A DNA stretch of 64,000 nucleotides. Origin: an uncultured Gemmatimonadaceae bacterium (GTDB lineage: Bacteria > Gemmatimonadota > Gemmatimonadetes > Gemmatimonadales > Gemmatimonadaceae). The number at the start of each line of letters is the position of its first letter. The first letter of the stretch is position 1. The DNA is taken from contig CAWBOC010000006.1 of assembly GCA_963790305.1 (NCBI GenBank), positions 32,001 through 96,000 of the forward strand, in the 5' to 3' direction. The notes under the pieces are model-generated. The model worked only from the letters and a program-made list of their open reading frames with translations. It ran no database searches and was not told the DNA's origin. The translations under genes were made by a program, and so were the position numbers. Positions 45,640 to 55,850 of the stretch are shown in pieces.

Positions 45640-46628
45640 TTCGTATCTTCGGGCTCGAGTTCGCGGCCCCATGGGCGCTCCTTCTCCTGCTCGCCATCCC
45701 CGCGTGGTGGCTCTGGCGGCGCCGCCGGCATCGCCCCGCGATCGTGTTCTCCCGTGCCGACGTCCTGGCGCGCGGGCCGCGCGCCGGGCGTGGGATCGCG
45801 CGGCTGCTGGTGCTCCTCCGCGCGCTGGCCATCGGCGCGCTCGTGATCGCTCTGGCGCGCCCTCGCTCGGGAGCGCGTGCGGAGACGATCACCAGCGAAG
45901 GGATCAACATCGTGCTCGTCGTCGATCTGTCGAGCTCGATGCTGGCTGAGGACTTTCAGCCCCAGAACCGCCTCGAGGTCGCGAAGGACGTCGTGAAGCA
46001 GTTCGTCAACGGGCGGCGAAGCGATCGCATCGGGCTCGTCGCCTTTGCTGGCGAGGCGCTCACGCAGACGCCGCTCACCCTCGACTATCCCGTCATCCTC
46101 GCCGCCGTCGATCACCTGCACGCTGGTCTTCTCGAGGACGGCACCGCCATCGGCACGGCGATCGCGACCGCCGCCAACCGGCTGCGCGACGCGCCCGGAC
46201 GCTCGCGTGTGATGATTCTTCTCACTGACGGAGAGAACAACCGCGGCAACATCGACCCGCGCACCGCCGCGCAGGCCGCCGGCGCGTACGGCATCAAGAT
46301 CTACACGGTGGGGGCGGGAACGGAGGGCGTCGCCCCGGTTCCCGTGGGCCGCGGTCTGACGGGACTGCGATACGAGAATCGGCCGGTGCGCATCGATGAG
46401 AAGCTGCTCACCGACGTGTCGCGCACGACGGGTGGGCGCTACTTCCGCGCCCGCGATGCCGCCGCGCTGCAACGGATCTACGAGCAGATCGATCGGCTCG
46501 AGCGCGTACCCGTCACGACGCGCACGTACACGCAGTACACCGAGCAGTACCGGTGGCCTCTTGCCCTCGTGCTCATGGCGATCGCCGCCGAGATGGCATT
46601 GCTCGCCTGGCGGGGCCCGCTGCCATGA
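45636..46628 (+). CDS. batA: BatA-like VWA protein
   Basis: ALARP, MIDAS DLSSSM, PLTLD, DGTAIG, LLTDGENN. Confidence 0.9.
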   Translation: MIRIFGLEFAAPWALLLLLAIPAWWLWRRRRHRPAIVFSRADVLARGPRAGRGIARLLVLLRALAIGALVIALARPRSGARAETITSEGINIVLVVDLSSSMLAEDFQPQNRLEVAKDVVKQFVNGRRSDRIGLVAFAGEALTQTPLTLDYPVILAAVDHLHAGLLEDGTAIGTAIATAANRLRDAPGRSRVMILLTDGENNRGNIDPRTAAQAAGAYGIKIYTVGAGTEGVAPVPVGRGLTGLRYENRPVRIDEKLLTDVSRTTGGRYFRARDAAALQRIYEQIDRLERVPVTTRTYTQYTEQYRWPLALVLMAIAAEMALLAWRGPLP

Positions 46629-48310
46629 TTCCGTACTTCGACATCCCCTGGGCGCTCGTAGCGGCCCCGGCTCTCGCGGTCCTCGTCGCGGTGCTGCTCG
46701 TGGTCGCCTTTCGCAAGCGTCGCCGCCGCCTCGCCGCGTTAGGCCAGGAAGGAATCGTCGCACGCCTCATCCCCTCCTCGGCCACCCGCTCGCCCACCGC
46801 GCGCGTAATCCTGCTCTCGCTCGCGACGATCTTCGCCGGAATCGCGTTCGCCGGCCCGCGATGGGGGACCGAGCGGGCGATCGTGCGCGCGGGAGGGGCG
46901 GACATCGTGCTTGCGCTCGACGCGTCACTCTCGATGCGCGCTACCGATGAGCGCCCCGACCGGCTCGAACGGATGAAACAGGAGGCTCGGCGCTTCCTTG
47001 CCGGCTCGCCGAGCGACCGATTCGGATTGATCGCCTTCGCCGGACGGAGCTACATCCTCACCCCGCTGACGGTCGACAAGGGGGCCCTCGAGCTCTACCT
47101 CGACAATCTCGATCCGAGCGTCGTGGGCCAGGCCGGAAGCTCCCTCGCCCGCGCCATCCGACAGGGAACAGATCTCTTACTTACCTCACGTAGCGGAAGC
47201 GACCGCGCGCTCGTCATCATGAGCGACGGGGAAGCGTTCGAGCCGGAAAGCGACGTCGTCGAGGCTGCCAAGCGGGCCGCCGAGGCTGGAATCACCCTGG
47301 TGACCGTTGGCTTTGGAACACCCGCCGGAGCGACGATCCCCGAGCGGGGCGCGGGAGGGCAGACGTTGAAGCGTGACGAGAACGGAGAGATCGTCGTATC
47401 GCGGCACTCGTCGGAGCTGCTCGAAGCTGCGGCGCGCGCGGCGAACGGTGTCTACATCGCTGCCTCGGCCACCGACAAGGCGGCGAACATTCGCCGCTCC
47501 CTGGCCACGTTGCGGCGTCAGGGCCGGATGGCCCAGGCGGGTGCGGAGCGACGCCCGCAGTTTCAGCTCTTTCTCCTTCCCGCTTTCCTCTGCCTGCTCG
47601 CCGATACGCTGCTTGCGGAGCGCCGAGGCGCCCGACGCCGCGCACCCGCGGCGGCACGCACAGCAGCGACGGCCCTGCTCCTCGCCCTCGCACTCCCGTC
47701 GCGGGCCTACGCCGCTGACACCGAGGGCGACGACCTCTTCCGGGCGCGTCGTTATGCAGAGGCCGCCGAGGCCTATCGCCGGGAGATCATGCGGGGGGAC
47801 CGGTCAGCGCGGGTACAGTACAACTACGGGACTGCGCTCATTCTCGCCGGCCGTGCCGACGAAGCGGTCGAGACGCTGGAGCGCGCCGCCCTTTCCACCG
47901 ACCTCGAGACGCGCTATCGGGCGCTCTTCAATCTCGGGTACATCTTCCTGCAGCGCGGTCGCACACTCGAGGGCGATCCCGCGACGCAAGCGTACGCCGC
48001 GGCGGTGGACGCGTACAAGCGCGCCCTGCGTGCCCGTCCCGATGAGCTCGACGCCAAGTGGAACTACGAGCTCGCGCGGCGACGCCAGCAGTCCTCTGGC
48101 GGCGGTGGTGGTGGGGGAGGTGAGACGCCGGAGCAGGAAGAGGACCCCGTCTCACCCGCGCGAGAACCCATCCCTCGGCCCAGCGGCGGCCTGTCCGAGC
48201 GACAGGCGGAGGCGATCCTCAACAGCGCCGCGCGTGATGAGCAGGAAGTGCAGGGGCGGAAGCAGCGCACGAATCAGCCTGACACGCCGCCGAGGGGGAA
48301 GGACTGGTGA
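46625..48310 (+). CDS. BatB-like VWA protein fused to BatC-like TPR domain
   Basis: AGPRWG, DASLSM, SDGE, then YNYG/FNLG TPR repeats, AKWNYELA, terminal KDW. Confidence 0.85.
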   Translation: MIPYFDIPWALVAAPALAVLVAVLLVVAFRKRRRRLAALGQEGIVARLIPSSATRSPTARVILLSLATIFAGIAFAGPRWGTERAIVRAGGADIVLALDASLSMRATDERPDRLERMKQEARRFLAGSPSDRFGLIAFAGRSYILTPLTVDKGALELYLDNLDPSVVGQAGSSLARAIRQGTDLLLTSRSGSDRALVIMSDGEAFEPESDVVEAAKRAAEAGITLVTVGFGTPAGATIPERGAGGQTLKRDENGEIVVSRHSSELLEAAARAANGVYIAASATDKAANIRRSLATLRRQGRMAQAGAERRPQFQLFLLPAFLCLLADTLLAERRGARRRAPAAARTAATALLLALALPSRAYAADTEGDDLFRARRYAEAAEAYRREIMRGDRSARVQYNYGTALILAGRADEAVETLERAALSTDLETRYRALFNLGYIFLQRGRTLEGDPATQAYAAAVDAYKRALRARPDELDAKWNYELARRRQQSSGGGGGGGGETPEQEEDPVSPAREPIPRPSGGLSERQAEAILNSAARDEQEVQGRKQRTNQPDTPPRGKDW

Positions 48311-50430
48311 TGCGGCGCCTGTTGGTCGCGGTGGCGGCGTTCGCGCTCGCATGGTCGCCAGGAGCGGCCAATGCACAGCTGCGTACGCGGCGCGATTACT
48401 CCCGGGCGCCGGCGATCACGCGCAATCCGGTGCTCGATACGATCGCGCCAGTGCAGGTCCGCGCGCTGGTTCTTCCCGAGACGGTGTATGTGGGTCAGCA
48501 AGCGACGTATCAGGTGGCAGCGTTTTTTGCCCGAGCGGTTCGCGATCGCGTGCGGCGCCCCGAGTTCTTTGCGCCCGAGATGCGCGGCATGTTGGCCTAC
48601 GAGTCGCCCTCCGATCTTCCCGCCTACACGGTCTCGTCGCGAGGAAAGTCATTCGAGGCCTTCGTCTATCAGCGCGCGATCTTTCCCGTCGCCGCGGGGC
48701 GATTCACGATCCCGCCCGCGCGCCTCACCTATGCGCTGCCACTGACACCCAGCTTTTTCAGTCGCGATGAAAGCTATGAGTCGCGGAGTGACAGCATCGT
48801 GATCGTAGCAATCGACCCGCCCACCGCCGGCCGTCCGCCCGAGTATCAGGGCGCCGTTGGTGCCTTGAGCATCGCTGCCGATCTCGATACCGCCCGTGCC
48901 CGCGTGGGCGATCCTTTGCTGCTTCGCGTACGCGTTGCCGGTGTCGGCAATGTGAAGCTATTGCCGCGTCCCCCGCTTCGAGTCCCCTGGGCGACGGTCG
49001 TCCCGGCCGACGAGCGTGTCACCGTCGCCACCGACCGGGATACGGTGCGGGGAGCCAAGGAATTCGACTGGGTGCTCACTCCGACCCGCCCCGGAATGCG
49101 GACGCTGGCACCGGTGCGCTACTGGTATTTCGATCCGTGGACCGAGAGCTATCAGCTCGCGGAAGCCGCCTCCGATTCCGTTCTGGTGGCGCCGGGAATG
49201 CTTGCGAGCTCCGATACCGGAACGACGGTCATCCCTCCGCTCACCATTCGCACGGCCTACCGCGGGGAGCTGCCGATGCCGCCGCACGAGCGGCGGGAAT
49301 TCTGGCTGCTTCTCGGTCTGGCGCCCATTCCCGCCACGCTGCGGCGCCTGACGAGTCGCCGACGTGCTCGCTCGCGCCCGGAGCTGGTGTCGCGGGATCT
49401 TCGTGCGCTGGCGCGGCAGCGCCGACCCGTGTCCGCGGGTGAGCTGCGACGCGCGCTCGTGCGTGCGCTGGCCGATCGCCTCAACGTGAGCGCATTGACG
49501 CTGTCGTCCAACGGTGCGCTCGCTCGCGTGGCCCGGCGCGCGGGAGTCTCGGCCTCTGTTGCCCAGGAGGCGAATGTCCTCCTTTCCGAGCTCGACCACG
49601 CCGCGTTTGGCGAGGCACACTCGGCGGTGCAGGATCACGCGAAGCGCGCCTGGCGCATCTATCGCGACATCGATCGTGAGGCGCGGTCCCGTGACTCGCT
49701 GCGAGCGACGGTTACCACGCTGCTCATCGGTGGGATGCTGCTCGTCGCCGCGCACACCGCCACCGCGGTGCAGGGAACGGAGCTCGATCCGACGCGCCGC
49801 TTCGCTGCCGGCGTCGCCGATTACCGGGCTGGTCGGTACCTCGATGCGGCGCGCGAGTTCGGCGCGGTCGCCAACGCCGAACCCCGAGCTCCCGACGCGT
49901 GGATGAACTACGGCACCGCGTCGTGGCAGGCGGCGGACACGGCGCGCGCGGTCGTGGGATGGCAGCGCGCCCTCCGTCTCGAGCCCCTCGCCAGCGACGC
50001 GCGCGAAGCGCTCATTCGCGTCGACCTGCCCGTAGACGAGTCGCTCGGCAATGTGCCTCCGCTTCCGGTCGAGGTGCTTGCCCTCGTCGCGGCCTCGCTG
50101 TGGTGTCTGGCCTGGCTCCTCGTCGCGCTTCGCATTCGGCGGTCGGGGGCCACCGCCCTCGCGCTGGGCGGCATTTCACTGTCGGTCGCGCTCGCGGCCG
50201 TGGCCTTCACTGCACACGCCGCTGTCACGGGGCGCGGCCTGGCGGTAATGGACGCGACTGGAGCGCTGCGGATGCTTCCCGCTTTGGCCGCGGAATACGG
50301 CGCGGTCGCCCGCGTCGGTGAGGTCGCGCGCATCGAGGAGCGACGAGGGGACTGGTCGCGCATCGCCCTTGCTGGCGCACGCGAAGGCTGGGTCGAGCAC
50401 GCGCTGTTGGTACCGCTCACGCGCAATTGA
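48307..50430 (+). CDS. BatD-like protein fused to BatE-like TPR/SH3 region
   Basis: VYVGQQ, PPEYQGAVG, GVGNVKLL, YFDP; C-terminal TPR and SH3-like WSRI...EGWV. Confidence 0.8.
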   Translation: MMRRLLVAVAAFALAWSPGAANAQLRTRRDYSRAPAITRNPVLDTIAPVQVRALVLPETVYVGQQATYQVAAFFARAVRDRVRRPEFFAPEMRGMLAYESPSDLPAYTVSSRGKSFEAFVYQRAIFPVAAGRFTIPPARLTYALPLTPSFFSRDESYESRSDSIVIVAIDPPTAGRPPEYQGAVGALSIAADLDTARARVGDPLLLRVRVAGVGNVKLLPRPPLRVPWATVVPADERVTVATDRDTVRGAKEFDWVLTPTRPGMRTLAPVRYWYFDPWTESYQLAEAASDSVLVAPGMLASSDTGTTVIPPLTIRTAYRGELPMPPHERREFWLLLGLAPIPATLRRLTSRRRARSRPELVSRDLRALARQRRPVSAGELRRALVRALADRLNVSALTLSSNGALARVARRAGVSASVAQEANVLLSELDHAAFGEAHSAVQDHAKRAWRIYRDIDREARSRDSLRATVTTLLIGGMLLVAAHTATAVQGTELDPTRRFAAGVADYRAGRYLDAAREFGAVANAEPRAPDAWMNYGTASWQAADTARAVVGWQRALRLEPLASDAREALIRVDLPVDESLGNVPPLPVEVLALVAASLWCLAWLLVALRIRRSGATALALGGISLSVALAAVAFTAHAAVTGRGLAVMDATGALRMLPALAAEYGAVARVGEVARIEERRGDWSRIALAGAREGWVEHALLVPLTRN

Positions 50431-50461
50431 CCGCCTGCGGCAAACGCGCGTAGCTTGCTAC

Positions 50462-52192
50462 ATGCCGCGCATCGCCGTCCTCCCCAATACCGTCGTCGAC
50501 CAGATCGCCGCAGGAGAAGTCATCGAGCGACCGGCATCGGTCGTGAAGGAGCTGCTCGAGAACGCCCTCGATGCCGCCGCGCGCGCGGTCGAGGTCGAGG
50601 TCATTGACGGCGGCCGCTCACGGATTCGGGTTGCGGACGACGGAACGGGTATGGCGCGGGACGACGCAGTGCTCGCTCTCGCGCGACATGCAACCTCGAA
50701 GATTCGCCGCACCGACGACCTCGTTGGTGTTGCAACGTTCGGCTTCCGCGGCGAGGCACTCGCCGCCATCGCATCGGTCTCGGCCATCGAGATCGAGACC
50801 GCGGCGGCTGATGGGGCAGGCACGCTGGTCCGCGCCGAAAACGGGGAAGTGCGTGAGGTCGGCGAATGCAGCCGCCGGCGCGGGACGACCGTGACGGTGA
50901 CGCGCATCTTCTCCAGCACCCCAGCACGACTCGCCTTTCTTCGATCGCCGCGGTCGGAATGGCGCGCAACCGCTGAGGCGCTCACGAGCGTCGCTCTCGC
51001 GCGCCGGGACGTGCGCCTCACGGCGACGCACGACGGCCGACCGTCGTTCGCGCTTGCACCCGCAACCTCGTTGCGCGCGCGCGTCGCGGCGCTGTGGGGC
51101 GGCGCATTTGCCGACGGGCTCGTCGAAGTCGAAGACGTGAGCGGCTCGATCCAGGTGTCCGGCCTCGTCGAGCGACCTGGCGATGCGGGCACTGCTGCCC
51201 GGCGAATCTTCCTGACCGTGAACGGCCGTGCCGTGCGCGACCACGGGATCGTGCGAGCCGCCGAAGCCGCGTACCGGTCCACTTTGCCGGCCGGCGTCCG
51301 TCCGTCGCTCCTTCTCGAGCTGGCCATTCCCGGCGGTCTCGTCGACGTCAACGTGCACCCGATGAAGGCCGAGGTGCGCTTTCGCGACCGCTGGATGCTG
51401 GAGCGCGCGGTCGAAGCGGCTGTCCGTCGCGCGCTTGGGACCCCCGAAAGCGCCTCCTCGCTTGGCTACCGCGCCTGGACGTTTGGCGGCGCGCAAAACG
51501 GCGGTGTCGGCACCGTCGTCGACACTGAGGTACTGCGGCGCGCCGATGGCGGATTCGGTCCGCTTCTGGATCATCCCGACGGCTCGACAATCCCGGGCAC
51601 GCCGAGCCTGCCTGACGACGTCGCCGTGCCTCCGCTCGTTCAGCTCCGCGACACGTATCTCATGTTCGAGCGAGACGACGGGCTCGTCCTCATTGATCAG
51701 CACTCGGCGCACGAGCGCGTGCTGTTCGAGCGATTCCTTGGAACGCTCGAGCGCGGCGAGGCCCCTTCGCAGCGACTCCTCTTTCCGCTGACGCTGCACC
51801 TCGGACCAGCGGAGGCCGACGCGTTCGAAGAGCACCAGGACCTGTTCACCGCGCTGGGGTTCGAGGTCGAGGGCTTTGGCGGACATACCCTCATCATTCG
51901 GGCCGTTCCCATGCCGCATCCGCGCTTCGACGCTGAGCGGTGCGTTCGCGAAACGCTCGACGCGCTCGCTGGCAGCCGGTTCGCGAGTGCTGCCCCGCGC
52001 CACGAGCGCCTGGCGGCGACTGTCGCCTGCAAGGCCGCCATCAAGGCGGGGGACGCCCTGTCGCCCGGCGAGATGCGAGCGCTCTACAGCGCGTTAGGCG
52101 CCACGGCACTCCCGGCGCACGACGTGCATGGGCGTGCGACGATCGTCCACGTACCGTGGGACGAGGTCGATCGCCGGTTTGGCCGACGCTGA
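50462..52192 (+). CDS. mutL: DNA mismatch repair protein MutL
   Basis: IAAGEVIERPASVVKELLEN, HATSK, GFRGEAL, DVNVHP, DQHSAHERVLFE, ACKAA, HGR. Confidence 0.96.
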   Translation: MPRIAVLPNTVVDQIAAGEVIERPASVVKELLENALDAAARAVEVEVIDGGRSRIRVADDGTGMARDDAVLALARHATSKIRRTDDLVGVATFGFRGEALAAIASVSAIEIETAAADGAGTLVRAENGEVREVGECSRRRGTTVTVTRIFSSTPARLAFLRSPRSEWRATAEALTSVALARRDVRLTATHDGRPSFALAPATSLRARVAALWGGAFADGLVEVEDVSGSIQVSGLVERPGDAGTAARRIFLTVNGRAVRDHGIVRAAEAAYRSTLPAGVRPSLLLELAIPGGLVDVNVHPMKAEVRFRDRWMLERAVEAAVRRALGTPESASSLGYRAWTFGGAQNGGVGTVVDTEVLRRADGGFGPLLDHPDGSTIPGTPSLPDDVAVPPLVQLRDTYLMFERDDGLVLIDQHSAHERVLFERFLGTLERGEAPSQRLLFPLTLHLGPAEADAFEEHQDLFTALGFEVEGFGGHTLIIRAVPMPHPRFDAERCVRETLDALAGSRFASAAPRHERLAATVACKAAIKAGDALSPGEMRALYSALGATALPAHDVHGRATIVHVPWDEVDRRFGRR

Positions 52193-53102
52193 GCTGCGCA
52201 TCATTTGTGGCCCGACGGCGGCCGGAAAATCGGCGATCGCCCTCTCGCTCGCCGAGCGCGGGCCAACAACCATCATCAGCGCCGACTCGCGGCAGATCTA
52301 CCGTCGTTTCGACGTTGGCACCGCCAAGCCGACGGCCGTGGAGCGGCGTCGCGTCCCGCATCGAGGTATCGACATCGTCGATCCCAGCGAGCGCTACTCG
52401 GCGGCTTCGTGGGCGGAGGAAGCCAATCGTTGGATCGGCGAGGCTGCGGACGCGCGGCGAACACCACTGGTGGTCGGCGGCACCGGCTTCTATCTCCGAG
52501 CGCTCGCGATGCCTCTGTTCGAGCAGCCGCCACTCGATGCCGATCGTCGTGCAGCGCTGGCGCGAGTGCTCACTCCGATGACCACGCCCGAGCTTCGGCG
52601 TTGGTGCGAACAGCTCGACCCGGCACGGACGCACCTCGGTCGCACACAGCTTCTGCGCGCGATCGAGATCGCGGTCCTCACCGGCCGTCCTATCAGCGAA
52701 TGGCATCGGGAGCGACCACGAAGCCCGACGATTCGGGCTCGCTGGCTCGTGGTCAGCCCACGATCATCGGCGGCCCTCGCCCACCGAATCGAGCAACGCG
52801 CCGCGGCCATGGTTCGAGCGGGTTGGGAGGAGGAGGTGCGCGAGCTGACGCAGACCGTTCCCGAGGATGCTCCGGCCTGGAACGCGACCGGGTACCACAC
52901 CGTTCGAGAGCGTGTGCGTGGAACGTTGACCCGTGACACGATGCTGGCGCGCATCATTGTCGAAACGCGTCAGTACGCCAAGCGACAGCGAACCTGGTTT
53001 CGCCACCAGCTCCCCGCGGAAGGAGTAACGCACATCGATCCGGAGGACGAGCGCGCGATCGACATGGCGATCCACTGGTGGACCGATGCGGAGGCGCAGT
53101 GA
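52179..53102 (+). CDS. miaA: tRNA dimethylallyltransferase
   Basis: GPTAAGKS, ADSRQIY, GTAKP, VGGTGFY, TRQYAKRQRTWF. Confidence 0.95.
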   Translation: MADAELRIICGPTAAGKSAIALSLAERGPTTIISADSRQIYRRFDVGTAKPTAVERRRVPHRGIDIVDPSERYSAASWAEEANRWIGEAADARRTPLVVGGTGFYLRALAMPLFEQPPLDADRRAALARVLTPMTTPELRRWCEQLDPARTHLGRTQLLRAIEIAVLTGRPISEWHRERPRSPTIRARWLVVSPRSSAALAHRIEQRAAAMVRAGWEEEVRELTQTVPEDAPAWNATGYHTVRERVRGTLTRDTMLARIIVETRQYAKRQRTWFRHQLPAEGVTHIDPEDERAIDMAIHWWTDAEAQ

Positions 53103-54226
53103 GAATCGGAATCAGCTGCTACCCGACGTATGGCGGATCGGGCGCCGTCGCCACCGAGCTTGGTATTGCGCTCGCGGGCCGCGGCCACCTCGTGCATTTC
53201 ATCACCTACGCGCAGCCATTCCGGCTTCCCTCGTTTCTTCCCCGCGTGTTTTTCCACGAGGTCGATGTCGGCCGCTATCCGCTGTTCGAATACCCGCCCT
53301 ATGACCTGGCCCTCGCCGTTCGCATGCACGAGGTCGTGCGCACTCACAAGCTCGATCTCTTGCACGTGCACTACGCGATCCCGCACGCGACGAGCGCCTG
53401 GATCGCACGTGAGATGCTCGAGGACGGTGGCTCGGGCGTGCGCATCGCCACCACGCTGCACGGCACCGACATCACGCTCGTCGGGCAGGATCCGTCCTTC
53501 CACGCGATCGCGAAGTTCTCGATCGAGCGGTCCGACGCGCTGACGGCCGTCTCCGAATACCTGAAGCGCGAGACGTTCAACGCCTTCGGATGCACCGGGT
53601 GCGCGGTCGAGGTCATTCATAACTTCATCGACCCCGACGTGTACGATCGGAGGAAATACACCACGACCATCCGCGATCAGGTACAGCCCGGACGGAAGGT
53701 GCTCATGCACATCTCGAACTTCCGGCCGGTGAAACGCGTCCGCGATGTCGTGCGCATCTTCGCGCATGTCGCGCGGACAATGCCGAGCGTTCTGGTGATG
53801 GTCGGTGACGGTCCGGAGCGCGTGACCGCCGAGAAGGAAGCGGAAGCGCTGGGTGTCTCCGATCAAACGATGTTTCTCGGCCGGCTCGACGCGATTGCGC
53901 CACTGCTCGCGGGCGCTGACCTCTTTTTGCTCCCGACCGAGCGTGAATCGTTCGGGCTTAGTGCGCTCGAAGCGCTGGCGTGTGGCGTACCGGTGATCGG
54001 GGCGCGCGCCGGCGGGCTCCCCGAGGTCGTGCGCGACGGCGTCACCGGCGCGTTGCGCGATGTGGGCGACGTCGAGGGAATGTCCGCGGCCGCGGTGGAG
54101 ATCCTGTCCTCGTCCGAGAAGTGGCAGGCCATGAGCGACGCCGCGGCCGCCGACGCACGCACGCGGTTCTCGCAAGAGGACATGGTCACGCGGTACGAGA
54201 ATTTCTACTCGCGTGTCCTCGCCTGA
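53099..54226 (+). CDS. bshA: N-acetyl-alpha-D-glucosaminyl L-malate synthase
   Basis: CYPTYGGSGAVATELG, YPLFEYPPY, HVHYAIPHA, TTLHGTDITLVG, HISNFRPVKR, ESFGL. Confidence 0.93.
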   Translation: MRIGISCYPTYGGSGAVATELGIALAGRGHLVHFITYAQPFRLPSFLPRVFFHEVDVGRYPLFEYPPYDLALAVRMHEVVRTHKLDLLHVHYAIPHATSAWIAREMLEDGGSGVRIATTLHGTDITLVGQDPSFHAIAKFSIERSDALTAVSEYLKRETFNAFGCTGCAVEVIHNFIDPDVYDRRKYTTTIRDQVQPGRKVLMHISNFRPVKRVRDVVRIFAHVARTMPSVLVMVGDGPERVTAEKEAEALGVSDQTMFLGRLDAIAPLLAGADLFLLPTERESFGLSALEALACGVPVIGARAGGLPEVVRDGVTGALRDVGDVEGMSAAAVEILSSSEKWQAMSDAAAADARTRFSQEDMVTRYENFYSRVLA

Positions 54227-55016
54227 CGAGTGGCTGGCGCTCATCCGCTGGCGGAATGCGCTGCTCGCGGGGGCCGGAGTGTCGGCGGGGGCGTGGTGGA
54301 GTGCCGGACATGTCAGCGGGCGCGTGGCCCTGGCCGTCGTGGCGGCGTTTGCCCTCACCGCCGTCGCCAACACGACCAATGACATCGCCGACGTGAACAT
54401 CGACCGGGTGGCACATCCCGAACGTCCGCTGCCGTCCGGCGCTATCGCGCCCGGCGAGGCAAGGTCCTTCGCCATCGCGTGCTCCGTCGTCGCGCTGGTG
54501 TTGGCGACCCTGGTGGTGTGGTGGCTCGCCGCGCTGACCCTCCTCGTCCTCGTGATCATGTGGACGTACAGCACGCGCCTCAAACCGCACGGCCTTCCCG
54601 GCAACGTGGCGGTCGCCGTGCTCGGGTCGCTCCCGTTCCTGTACGGTGCTACCGCGGTCGATGAGGTGGGGAAGGGCATGCTGCTCGTCGCCGTAGCAGC
54701 GCCTCTGCACTTCGCGCGCGAGGTGGCGAAGGACCTCGACGATCTCCCGGGCGATGCCGGGCTCCGGCGCACACTTCCGGTAACCGCCGGGCTGCCCAGA
54801 GCCCGTGCTGGCGTAGCGGGCGGGGTCGCGGCGTACTCGGTTGCCGTCGTCCTCCTCGCGACCGCATATCCCCTCTTCGCGTTGCTGCTCGTGCCCACCA
54901 TCTTTCTCGCCGTTCTCTCCGTCCACCGTCTGTATCGCGATCGCGCGGGTGCGGCGGGGCTGCTCAAGGCCGCGATGGTCCTGGCCATCGCGGCGCTCGT
55001 CATCAGCGGTCGCTGA
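54213..55016 (+). CDS. UbiA-family prenyltransferase, DGGGP synthase-like
   Basis: NDIADVNIDRVAHPERPLPSG, YSTRLK...GN, REVAKDLDDLPGD...TLP. Confidence 0.85.
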   Translation: MSSPDEWLALIRWRNALLAGAGVSAGAWWSAGHVSGRVALAVVAAFALTAVANTTNDIADVNIDRVAHPERPLPSGAIAPGEARSFAIACSVVALVLATLVVWWLAALTLLVLVIMWTYSTRLKPHGLPGNVAVAVLGSLPFLYGATAVDEVGKGMLLVAVAAPLHFAREVAKDLDDLPGDAGLRRTLPVTAGLPRARAGVAGGVAAYSVAVVLLATAYPLFALLLVPTIFLAVLSVHRLYRDRAGAAGLLKAAMVLAIAALVISGR

Positions 55017-55046
55017 TCGCGTGCATGCACTCCATGGAGAAGCGCA

Positions 55047-55850
55047 TTGACCGTCTGGCAGGCGATCATCCTCGGCGTGCTGCAGGGACTGGCCGAGTTC
55101 CTTCCGATCAGCAGCTCGGCGCACCTGGCGCTCACGCCATGGATTCTCGGGTGGCAGAGTCCCGGGCTCGCCTTCGACGTCGCGCTTCACGTCGGCACGC
55201 TCGCGGCGGTTCTGTGGTTCTTCCGAGCACAGTGGGTCGCGCTCGCTCGCGCCGCCTGGCGCATCGTAGCCACGCGTCGCGTCGACACGGAGGAGGAGAA
55301 GCGTGTTCTGTTCCTCATCATCGCCACGATACCTGGCGGTATCGCTGGTTTGCTCCTCGCTGATTACGCGGAGACCGTGTTCCGTACGCCTGCCCTCATC
55401 GCGACCACGCTGATCATCATGGGCGTCATTCTGTGGGCGGTCGACCGGTTCGCACCGCACGAGCGCCCGCTCGGACAGATGCGGTGGACGCACGCGCTGC
55501 TCTTCGGCCTCGCGCAGGTCCTCGCGCTCGTGCCCGGCGTCTCACGGTCTGGATCGACGATGACGGCGGGGCGGGCCATGGGCTTTCACCGCGAGAGCGC
55601 AGCGGTGTTTGCGTTTCTCATGAGCATGCCGATAACGGCCGCCGCAGCCGTGTATGAGGTGCCCAAGGCAATCGCCGAGGGTGGCCTGGGCGCGCCGATC
55701 GTCGCTGGCGTGATCGCGTCCGCGCTGAGCGGATGGTTGGCGATCAGCGTGCTCCTCAAGTACGTCGCGCGGCACGGCTTTGGTGTGTTCGCCGCCTACC
55801 GGATCGTGCTGGGACTCGGCGTTCTGGCGCTCGTGGCGATGCGCACATGA
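55047..55850 (+). CDS. uppP: Undecaprenyl-diphosphate phosphatase
   Basis: QGLAEFLPISSSAH, PGVSRSG, YRI. Confidence 0.95.
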   Translation: MTVWQAIILGVLQGLAEFLPISSSAHLALTPWILGWQSPGLAFDVALHVGTLAAVLWFFRAQWVALARAAWRIVATRRVDTEEEKRVLFLIIATIPGGIAGLLLADYAETVFRTPALIATTLIIMGVILWAVDRFAPHERPLGQMRWTHALLFGLAQVLALVPGVSRSGSTMTAGRAMGFHRESAAVFAFLMSMPITAAAAVYEVPKAIAEGGLGAPIVAGVIASALSGWLAISVLLKYVARHGFGVFAAYRIVLGLGVLALVAMRT

